Origin: Macrostomum lignano | Taxonomy: Eukaryota | Direction: 5' to 3' | Assembly: GCA_002269645.1 (NCBI GenBank) | Contig: NIVC01000724.1 | Coordinates: 33,433 to 60,544 of the forward strand | Length of the DNA: 27,112 nucleotides | Part shown: one piece after another, positions 11,801-19,900 of the stretch | How positions within the stretch are numbered: position 1 is the stretch's first letter | Layout: every line of letters starts with the position of its first letter | The notes under the pieces: model-generated | Database searches by the model: none | What the model was told of the DNA's origin: nothing | The model's input: the letters and a program-made list of their open reading frames with translations, nothing else | Made by a program: the position numbers and the translations under genes

Positions 11801-11944
11801 ACGACAAGATATAATTTGGTGATTTGAGTCGCCATAGCGATTTTTATCACAAATCTGTGTTACCTGAATGGTGCCGTTCAGAACAATTAGATGCACCAGC
11901 AGACACAGCAGACTAGTTGGAGTTAAGTTCGTCTGGGTAGGCAT
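5589..11944 (-). CDS. Ionotropic glutamate receptor-like gene (ATD + S1/S2 + M1-M4), 13 exons, about 845 codons; 5' end has two frame discrepancies
   Basis: Exons on the minus strand: 11944-11864, 11785-11612, ~11121-10988, 9975-9850, 9765-9380, 8790-8638, 8545-8309, 8241-8135, 8050-7957, 7480-7063, 6918-6716, 6520-6357, 5844-5589. GT-AG introns have matching phases from 10988 to the stop. Spliced motifs include GFIMDVLNFLAEKMEFRY, GCVGELQRGAVTLAAGPFTRTTVRERVIDFS, FHPYVWL, GSFLQQG, AYTANLTAFLT and YLQKLHETG, which are iGluR hallmarks. Confidence 0.93.
5900..6300. repeat. Degenerate AT-rich intronic repeat of a (g/a)ttgtacttttag-like motif
   Basis: Many imperfect TTGTACTT(T/G) copies inside the 5845-6356 intron. 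Confidence 0.65.
6357..6520 (-). CDS. iGluR-like exon (S2)
   Basis: tttgcag|VSEGHRACINDYSFLLPIANEKCKEYYIAKEHFNTATVAFMYPKDALYADVMDF TA|gtacgc; 164 bp, phase 0 to 2. Confidence 0.9.
6716..6918 (-). CDS. iGluR-like exon (M3 end, S2 start)
   Basis: gagacag|(A)NLTAFLTVHTENLPIRSLEDLL...GHCLDG|gtgagt; 203 bp, phase 1 to 0. Confidence 0.92.
7063..7480 (-). CDS. iGluR-like exon (S1 end, M1, M2 pore, M3)
   Basis: aacgacag|AVTLAAGPFTRTTVRERVIDFS...FHPYVWLTLVAFVV...GSFLQQG...FWWMFTVIVYSAYT G|gtgagt; 418 bp, phase 0 to 1. Confidence 0.95.
7957..8050 (-). CDS. iGluR-like exon (S1)
   Basis: ttttttag|c YVIKQPADGEFGAPMLNSTVYSGCVGELQRG|gtgagt; 94 bp, phase 2 to 0. Confidence 0.9.
8135..8241 (-). CDS. iGluR-like exon (S1), not in the ORF track
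   Basis: tttgttgcag|QVPLTSYVSRSANNTVQIKGFIMDVLNFLAEKMEF CG|gtgagg; 107 bp, phase 0 to 2. Resembles the G-x-x-x-D-L-L..L....F of S1. Confidence 0.88.
8309..8545 (-). CDS. iGluR-like exon (ATD end, S1 start)
   Basis: cccacag|LRGRTSFNASTRHLDSQGLELV...FPNTFLGFKNETITICAPE|gtaggc; 237 bp, phase 0 to 0. Confidence 0.85.
8638..8790 (-). CDS. iGluR-like exon (ATD)
   Basis: ccccgcag|TLDVQFVKVLEAVS...CLPLQPWRHGSFVMAQLIA|gtgagc; 153 bp, phase 0 to 0. Confidence 0.82.
9062..9336. repeat. 37-bp intronic minisatellite (TCTCACATCCTTGATGCAATCCTCAGACACTTCTGTA, about 7 copies)
   Basis: TCCTTGATGC at 9121 and TCTTTGATGC at 9158 give a period of 37. Lies inside the 8791-9379 intron. Confidence 0.95.
9380..9765 (-). 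CDS. iGluR-like exon (ATD)
   Basis: tatatag|(N)QAVLERLQ...VRRLLLLATPANAIETLRRAADAAVLGQNYFWLLLD...GRSLR|gtgagc; 386 bp, phase 1 to 0. Confidence 0.85.
9850..9975 (-). CDS. iGluR-like exon (ATD)
   Basis: acaatag|(G)ESFTIFGTQSTEDFVRAAV...YAAILYDAEQ A|gtacgt; 126 bp, phase 1 to 1. Confidence 0.8.
10988..11121 (-). CDS. iGluR-like exon (ATD) with an internal frame discontinuity
   Basis: The 5' part reads (L)CSESGLAAIISAGRC in one frame. The 3' part reads AEAAEPLATSLQLPLLALPIELGCDWS G|gtgagt in another. The acceptor position is uncertain (11121 or 11106). Confidence 0.55.
11240..11555 (-). mobile_element. tRNA-derived SINE with a conserved central (Meta/V/CORE-type) domain
   Basis: On the minus strand: A-box-like TGGTTAGAGCG (11538-11528), B-box GGTTCGATTCT (11503-11493), then TTGTGTCCTTGAGCAAGATATTTAACTCTGCATTGCTTCAGTTCACCCAGCTGTAAATAGG (11474-11415). 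From memory this resembles conserved invertebrate SINE central domains. The 3' end is uncertain. Confidence 0.75.
11612..11785 (-). CDS. iGluR-like exon (ATD start)
   Basis: cccttag|(G)DTLVLKIAVVTELDLLSDSLINLAV...DGLEAVKS T|gtgagt; 174 bp, phase 1 to 1. Confidence 0.7.
11864..11944 (-). CDS. Putative first exon of the iGluR-like gene (signal peptide)
   Basis: ATG at 11944 gives MPTQTNLTPTSLLCLLVHLIVLNGTIQ|gtaaca, with a hydrophobic core. The donor is phase 0 but the next acceptor is phase 1. Confidence 0.5.
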
Positions 11945-14900
11945 TAATGAGGCAAGTCAAAAGCCGCTGTATGTAAAATTAAAGCTGATGGCTTTACCCT
12001 GTCAGGCTTAAGTTTAAGTCTGTTTTAATAAGCCCAGCTCAGTTCTGCCCAAGGTACGCTCGTATGCGATTGGTTCTCGCTAGAGCATTGTCGGTATGTA
12101 GGTGAGCAACTTTCCGTGTACTAGTATAATCCCAATCCACTGAGTGTTTAGTGTTTATTCAACAATAAGGATTCAATGCAGTAAAGAGATCTACAGACAA
12201 TCTTTGAAGTTAACTGCGTATTCATGAGGATGTTGTTGAGGCCGAGATTCTTTATGAGAATATGGGAACTACATTAGCCTAAACACCAAGGTACATCGGG
12301 CTGTTTTCTGTGTGCCTCTTCACAGTCTCCCCTCTAGTGTTGGCAATCAATCCATCTATGGGGGAATTTTGTTTATCTAACAACCTGAGAGCGCGATAGA
12401 ATGGATTTCTCATATGCGCCGTCAGGACTGCGCAGTGCCTACACAACTGTATATGGCCCCCTGGCATTGCCCGGCCATGTTGACATTGGGAATTCGGAAT
12501 GAATCTAAGCTGCCCAATACAGGCTGGATCCGCGATTCAACACTATGGAAATAGTAATTTGAACAGAATCCCTTTTGTTGATCCTATATAGTAAATAATA
12601 TTGTATCATATTTATAATATCATACTCTATAACACATATGCAAGTCTTCTCTTCAGATGAACACAGAGTAAGATGTACACAGAAACGTAAAATGTTACGC
12701 TTCATGTCCATACATAAAGTCCATGTGTGCATTAATAAAGCAATTTTTTAGACGGATATAAATTTGTAAAGAAACGAAATAGAGAGTATATTTATCTGAA
12801 TGGCTTCTGAACCGTGGCTATTGTGACAGTGTGATTCGTAGAAGCGTGTATCGTATTTCTTTATTTTCATATGCATACCGTATTCTTTCATTTATTTTAA
12901 CAATATTCGTACGTATTATTATCGCGCTATTTTTACTGTTAATTGCTTTGGTTTTGTAGCCTCGTATGTATTTATTCTATTATTTGTATTTCATTCATAT
13001 CGTTATTATTTCTCGTAAAGTAGTTCTACCTATGTACATGTACTGACGTATGTTATTCTTGCATGATATATTTATCGATTAATTTGTACATGTACATTGC
13101 GCGCCGCGTGGGGGTTGTTTGTCTGGGTTTTGGATTAAGGGTGTTGTTGTTATCTGTTTACCTTTAAATATATGCTTACACTGCAGTCAGCAGCCGCTCT
13201 CGCCCTTCCCCTTGCTTCGCTTCTAGACCTAGGCTCGCTAACCCTTAGCTGTGACGCTGTCTGGCCTCCTTACACCAACTCTTCCGCCGTCTACCTTGGC
13301 ACACCAATTAGTTAATTAACTGATCCAGCAATTTTAAGTAGCACTAGCAAAAGTCTAAGGGTTGAAGCGGCTTGCCGATCTGCTAACTAATCGTGAACTA
13401 TCTAAATTAACCGCTACACAAATCCATCTTATTCGCCTTATTCGTCACACTATATCTCATTACATAAAAACTTTTAAATACGTTTAATTTATCCAGGAGA
13501 GTAAGGATCGTTGCTGTTTGTCACTCTGATCATAGCATTTCTCCTCGATCATTTACAGCTACCAACATATACTGCAAAGTTTACTGTTGTGTTAGCAACT
13601 ATTAGAATAGCAGTATAGAATCCGCATGGTCATACAAAGTTTAATATTTAAGTAGATAGATCATGTTCGCTTCATTTTCAGCAGTTTACAAATAAATTTT
13701 GACTCTTCATGAGCGGCTTGATCAATTTTTTAATTGAATTCATCTTATAACTAAAAGTCATAAGTTTTTCAGAAGGACTATTGGAAATAGATAATACATT
13801 TTCAGTCTGAGATGCATAGAAAAAACCTATGTTTTCATCGAATTCCAATTCGGTTTTGCATTACAAACCGAGTTATAATTTCAAGCGTAAAAAACTGAGG
13901 CCGTTTTTTGCTTTTTTAAACATCTTTCGTTTCCTAATCATAAAAATGAGGGGATACAGGAAGATCTATCCCCGTATAACCTCCAAGCTACGCTAACAAC
14001 GCTATGTCGTCGTGGTATGCTTACAACTGGCTTAGAAATACAGTTTGACAGGCTTTTTTTCTAAAAAAGGTTTGCGTAATCAATAAATTACGTTAAAAAA
14101 GAATAGTTATATCCTTCTTAAAAACAAAATGCAGTGCTCAAGTAGAGAAACTGAATATGTTTTGTTTTACCCTAAGAACCTAAAAACTTATATATTTAAT
14201 TTTTTCGATAAAAATATACTTAGAAATGGCTCTCTCGCGCTGACTTACTGTGAATGAAATACACCCCAGTTGCTGAATCCCTTGTTAAACCAGGTCAACC
14301 AAAGTAAATTCTTTCTTAATTTTTTGCAAAACAACTTACGCCGCAGATTTCATGCCTAAGCTGCATAAAATGGACTGTCAAAAATTAGTTAGATTGATTG
14401 TCTGATACTCTAACTGTATGACTATAGCTTGATTATTTGATTGATTGATTGATTATAGGCCTAGCTGAATATAAAAACATAAATGATTTCATGCTCATTG
14501 AATTACATAGTGATTTTATAACTTGCAAAATTGTTCCTGATATAAACTTTTATATTTATACAAAATTTAACTAGCCTAATTTTTAAAAAATTAACAGAGA
14601 AGTAATTAGTAATGTATTGTAATTTGTTTAGTAATGTATTTTTATCTTGGCATTACATATTGTATAATAATTTTAATTATATTATTTATTCATTTTTTAC
14701 TATTTCTTCCTCAATTTCATTGCATAAAATAGTATGAAAAACATTTATTCTATGTTTTTCTTAAATTTTATTCTTTGAGGGCCACACTCTAGATCATATC
14801 TCTGGATCTAGATAAAAAAATTGGGTGTGCATTGGCCTTGTATGCCAAAAGTTGGCATGCAAGACTCTTAAGAAAATAGTATATATGTATACCTGGTATG

Positions 14901-16135
14901 TATTTCATAGAATCATACCAAAAAGTTAGTGTTATTTATAAGTGAAAAAAAATCATTTTGAAAAATTCATTTTTAAGCATAAATTTAAAGCTTTCTAGTT
15001 TTTAAGTGCGTAACATAGGCCTAGCATATATAAAAATGTTTATGTATACCAGTTTTCCTTTTTCTATTAAAGATTTTCTACTAAAGATAGTATAAGCAAG
15101 AATGATAAAAAAGCAACCAAATTATTTACCCAAAAAGTATTTTTTAATGCAACACAAAAAGGTCACTTACCTTGTCAAAATAAAAAGGTCATTTATTGTT
15201 GCAATACTGGCATAGATATAAGAGTATAGGTATGCATTATTTTTTTGGCATGTATTTTTAACTATTCAATTTTTGTTTGGGCCTGCACCAAGCATTATCT
15301 AAACTATGTCTTAGTAGGGGACCTACAAATTATTTTTTATATTATAAGAAGTAAAAAAATAGAATAAGGAAAAAAGTATATTAAGACAAATAGCGAGAAA
15401 TACATAAAAAACTGAAATAAATAGTTTAATGGAAAAAATGATAAAAAATAAAGACAAAGAAAGAAAAGAAGAGAGAAAAATCAATAGAAGCAGAAATATA
15501 TAGAGATTTTAAAAATGAAAAGAAAGATTATAGCCTAATAGTCTACAAACAAGCAAGCAAGATTTTCATTTTTAGTATATAGACAGAACTTATATATCAA
15601 TGCCAATGGCCAAAAATAGTCATATTAATCTCATATACTAAAAATTTAAGGCTAAATTGGAATCTTAGCTTAGGTTTGATTGTGCAATTAATGCCTTTGA
15701 GTCTTTACCCCTAAGGCAAAGCACAATGAAATATACATGCCAAATATATGAGCCTATATATAAAGTTAAGACATATACTTATTAAGTATATGCCTATGTA
15801 AAAACATATATGTATCTGCATACCTGTAGATCTACTTAGGGAAGTTGGTAGAATAAACAGTAATATCTTTTCTTAATTCAATTGAAAGTAACAATGTTGT
15901 ATAAATTATACCATGGTATATATAGCCTCCTTTGTCTTCAAGTAACTTAAAACTAGAGAAAAAGGGAGGTGGAAGTAGATAAAATGAGAGCAAGACAATA
16001 AATTAGATAGTAAGGGAGCAAGACAGAAGTAGATAGGAGAGCAGAGGCGTGTTACATGAAAGGAAGAAAGAAGGAAGTGTTACATGAAAAAAGGGCCAAT
16101 TAGATTCAATGAATGCATCCACCAACATTGCATAG

Positions 16136-16942
16136 TCGCCAAAGCCGCCGCCGCCACCGTCGCCATTGGCGGCAGCAACAGCAGCAACAGCGGCTCCAAG
16201 CTGCAGCCTTGAACTGCCTGAGCTGCCAAGGCGCCGCAACAGCGACACTCCGGTGACCGTCTCGCTTCAGCTAGAGGTCAGCAACCATCCGCCAGAGTTG
16301 TTGGCATCCCTGAATGCCCTCCGTTGTGAGGCTGCCTTCACTGATGTCGCCCTAGAGGCGGACACGTGCACACTGCACGCGCACCGAGCCCTGCTAGCGG
16401 CCGCTTCGCCCTACTTCCGGGCGATGTTCTCCAGCCAGTTCAAGGAGGGCGCCGCTTCTACAGTCAGCGTCACCAGTGTATCCGGGGAGACCCTCAGGCT
16501 CATAGTGGAATACGTGTACACCAGCAAGATAGAGATCACCACTGACAATGTGCAGGATTTGACTGTCGGCTGTAAACTATTGCATTTCCCTTTGATACTT
16601 CATCAATGCGTCAGCTTCCTGATGCATCATTTGGACTCGACTAACGCTGTAACCATGGAGCAGTTCGCGGCGGCTTACGATTTTGTTGAACTACGGGAAG
16701 AAGCTCGACAACGCGTGTTGGAAAATTTTGCCAGCCTAGCAGAGTCGAACGAACTGGCCGAGTTGACCTTGGAACAGCTGACCGGCTGTCTGCAGTCGGA
16801 CGATCTGTTTGTCCGATCGGAGGACGAGGTCGCTCGAGCTGTGCTGCGCTGGGTCGGCCACCGGCCGGTTGAGAGATCGCAACATCTGAGCGGCCTGCTT
16901 CTGGGCTGTCGGCTGAGCTGTTTGAGTCGAGAATTTATTCAG
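16136..16942 (+). CDS. KLHL-like exon 1 (BTB + BACK)
   Basis: Open frame from 16136 (after the TAG at 16133-16135) to REFIQ|gtctgt at 16942. Confidence 0.9.
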
Positions 16943-19900
16943 GTCTGTGTTTTCCCAATGAATCGATTGATAGATACTTCATTGACCTTCATTTGTAATC
17001 TTTACCTGGGACCTTAACCATCTTTGTCACCTTGGCTAGATTAGTGGAATCCTGTCTGTGTGACCTTGACTAGATTAGTGGAATCCTGTCTGTGAGACCT
17101 TGACTAGATTAGTGGAATCCTGTCTGTGTGACCTTGGCTAGATTAGGGGAATCCTGTCTGTGTGACCTTGGCTAGATTAGGGGAATCCTGTCTGTGTGAC
17201 CTTGGCTAGATTAGTGGAATCCTGTCTGTGTGACCTTGGCTAGATTAGGGGAATCCTGTCTGTGTGACCTTGGCTAGATTAGTGGAATCCTGTCTGTGAC
17301 CTTGACTAGATCAGGGGAATCCTGTCTGTGTGACTGTTGTGTATTGAACGCGTGGGTTTTTTTGCGAGCGAGAGTTGAGAAAAAAGAATTGTGGAGTCTC
17401 GACTGACTCCGCCGCTTTATATTTGTTAGTAAATGAAGCGTGCACGTTGGGTGTATACACCTGGCAGATTGGCTATATGTTACGCAATGATTTGAGTTGA
17501 ATACAATTCTGTTGAAACATAAATACGGTACGACTGAAGTACTCAATACTTGTACTTAGTACTCACGCCACAACATCCTCCCCACATGAGATTCCCCTAA
17601 GTAATCGCATGTCAGTTCGGTACATCATACACGGTTCAGTTCGGGTAGCGCATTGGCGGGCGACGCTCGCGCTCTGACCTTCTCAGCACCGGCGGGGGTG
17701 CCGGCGGGTCCCCAGCGAGATCATCAGGCGGTCCTGGCGGATCCACCTCCGGGCCGCCGCCACCTTCGTCGAGCTGCGCGTCGCCGTCGTCGTCGCTTCC
17801 TTTGCCAGGTCCGGCCGGCACGCAGCGCCGCAGGTGCCACCGCTTGCCGTTTTCGAGCAGCACAGTTGTCTTGAATCGCTTGCGAACCCGGAACGGCCCA
17901 GCGAGCTTCGGCTCCAGCTTGCCAGGTGCCACCGGCTTGGAGATGTGCACCCAGGAGCCGTCTTGGATGACCGCGGTCCGCGCCGCCGATGCATGCCGCC
18001 GACGGTCGGTGTCGCTCTTTGCTCGCTGCTTTGCCGTGGCGATCCGGTCATGAGCCGACATCGTCCGCTTGGCTTCCGAGTCCGGTTGGAGTGCGAGCAG
18101 CGGGGTGCGCATTGGTCGGCCAGTCATGAGCTCGTGTGGACTCGAACCCGTGACGTGCGTTGGGGTCGCCCTATAGGCCGCGACGACAGCTCGGACGGCC
18201 TTGCAGAAGCTCCACCCGGCGACCAAGTGCGCCGTCACGCCCTCGCCGAGAGTGCGGTTGAATCGCTCGACGTTGCCGTTTTGTTCTGGACAGTACACTG
18301 CCGTTCGCTTGTGTTCGATCGCTAGGCTCGCCAGGTACTCGTCGAACTCGCGGCCGAACTGGGGTCCATTGTCGGTTGTGATGTTCTTCGGGATGCCCCA
18401 CCTCGACCAGATGACCTCGAGGAAGTCGACGACTACCTTGGTTGTGACCGATTCTACGAGCGCGACTTCTGGCCATCGGCTAAACTGATCGATGAGCACG
18501 ATCGCGAATCGCTGGTGACGCGGCGCCACTCTGAACTCTCCGCAGATATCGAGTTGCAGCTCCTCCCAGGCTCCTGCTGGCGTGCTGGTGATTGTCATGG
18601 GCGGAACGCTTGGTCGAGACGCCTTGCCAGCCAGCGCGCAAGCCGTACAGTCCTTCACCGCCGACTCGATGTCCTTGTCGATACCGGGCCACCAAGCTGC
18701 AGATCGGCACCGCTGCTTGGTCCGCACAATTCCGTGGTGGCCTTCGTGCGCCATATTGAGAACCCGGTTCTGCAGTGTAGCTGGGATGACGGTAGCCTGG
18801 CCACGAGCCACGCAGCCGTCGCCGAACAGGTAGAGTTCGTCCTTTGCGCGGTAGTAGGCTTGCAGCTCCGGTGCCAGTTGCTTGGACGCCGGCCACCCCT
18901 CCTTGATGAAGCGAGAAACCGCTTGCAGGACTTCGTCGCTGGCTGTTTCTTGGCGCACCTCGTCCAGGTTGTCTGCTGGAGCCAGCTGCGCCATCAGGAT
19001 TCGGCCGATCTCCTGGTCGTCCGTGTTGCTCTGCGGATCTTCCTGGACGTTTGGTTGTTGCCTAGACAGCAGGTCGGCGATAGTGTTGTCTCGGCCGCGT
19101 ACGTAGCGAATGGTCACCAGGGGGTATGCCCTAAGACGCTCTGTCCACCGAAGGATGCGCAGCGGCCGGACTCCTTGACTGCCCGCGGTCAGCAGAGTGC
19201 TCAGCGTGCTATGGTCTGTGTAGACGGTCACTGGCCGGCCATAGGTGAACAGGTGCCACTTCTCGACCGCCCATACGACAGCCAGCGCCTCCTTCTCCCC
19301 GACCGAGTAGTTCCGCTCCGGTGAAGTGAGGGACCGCGAGCTGTAGGCAATCGGGTGCTCCTCGCCGAGCTGTATCTGTGCCAGCACGGCGCCGATGCCG
19401 TGGGCACTGGCGTCGCATCGGATGATTGTCTCGGATTTGGGGTCAAATGCCTTTAGGACTGGCGCCATGGTCAGCTGCCTCTTGATTTTCTGGAAAGCGC
19501 CATCTTGCTCTGGACCCCACGACCACGGCTCATCTTTGCGTAGCAGCCGGCGGATCGGCTCCGTGGTTTCCGAGTAGGCATGGACGAACCGGCTGTAGAA
19601 GTTTGTCGCTCCGAGGAATGCAGCTGCCTCCTTGGTGTTACTCGGCTGAGGCGTCTCCTTGATTGCCTTCACGTACGAGTCGATCGCTTGGATGCCGTTG
19701 CCGGAAATGCGGAAACCATGGAAGTCCACTGCCGGTTGGGCGAAGACGCACTTATCGTTGAGCACGATGTTGTTCTCTCGAAGACGTTCTAGTGTCCGAC
19801 TCAGGTTGTCGTCGTGCTCCTTCTTTGTCTTGCCGCGCACCAGGATGTCATCGACTGCGTTGACCGTTCCTGGCAGGCCTTGCAGGATGCGAGCCATGGC

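Noticed and set aside
12279-12732. Short minus-strand ORFs in the spacer
   Set aside because: No motifs, no splice partners and an AT-rich background.
14788-14812. TCTAGATC-N9-GATCTAGA hairpin
   Set aside because: An isolated 8-bp stem in AT-rich DNA with no supporting context; compatible with chance.
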